A DNA stretch of 64,000 bases, from positions 1,970 to 65,969 of the forward strand of contig CACAZW010000004.1 in NCBI GenBank assembly GCA_902537055.1, written 5' to 3'. Below the pieces are notes generated by a model. The model saw only the letters and a program-made list of their open reading frames with translations. It had not been told where the DNA came from and did not search any database. Each line of letters starts with the position of its first letter. Positions within the stretch are counted from its first letter, which is position 1. Origin of the DNA: an uncultured Pelagibacteraceae bacterium (GTDB taxonomy: Bacteria; Pseudomonadota; Alphaproteobacteria; Pelagibacterales; Pelagibacteraceae). Shown piece by piece: positions 63,962-64,000 of the stretch. The position numbers and the translations under genes are program-made.

Positions 63962-64000
63962 TTACTGAAGAGTAGTATTTTCGAATTCGTCTTTAATATA
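63962..64000 (-). CDS. Possible C-terminus of a gene entering from beyond the window
   Basis: Open frame ...YIKDEFENTTLQ* converging on the ubi gene; too short to identify. Confidence 0.3.
   Translation of the reverse strand, partial: YIKDEFENTTLQ

Noticed and set aside
1-64000. CRISPR arrays, tRNA/rRNA genes, IS elements, integrases and prophage genes
   Set aside because: None seen; intergenic gaps are short and AT-rich with no repeat-spacer or cloverleaf pattern

Overview
Very AT-rich, extremely compact alphaproteobacterial chromosome segment. Gene content, synteny and the porin/pilin types point to SAR11 (Pelagibacterales); this is an inference. It is mostly core genome around the replication origin: nusA(5' part)-metK-lnt-ybeY-phoH-miaB-fur-tsaB, trpS-murJ, maeB, grpE-dnaK-dnaJ-dapB-nth, leuS-lptE-holA, parB-parA-rsmG-mnmG-mnmE, rho-hemJHE | putative oriC | PPDK regulator-maf-aroE-coaE-dnaQ, secB, hslUV, hisBHAFE, lolA-ftsK. 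Small accessory insertions include a sulfotransferase, an SDR, FkbM plus a SHOCT protein inside the his cluster, and a TRAP transporter plus an orphan pilin. I found no rRNA, tRNA, CRISPR array or mobile element. The best finding is a 39-aa ORF missed by the ORF track (24379-24498, minus strand). It aligns without gaps to the ribosome-rescue factor ArfA (KKGKGS motif), ends at its own stop codon without the regulatory tail, and sits behind a CenR-like regulator with an eroded receiver domain. Other highlights are an oriC with AT-shifted DnaA-box-like repeats and a DnaA-trio-like unwinding module, parS sites inside rsmG and mnmG, a terminator-type leader ahead of nusA with rimP absent, RpoH-type promoters, and divergent genes whose start codons touch or overlap.
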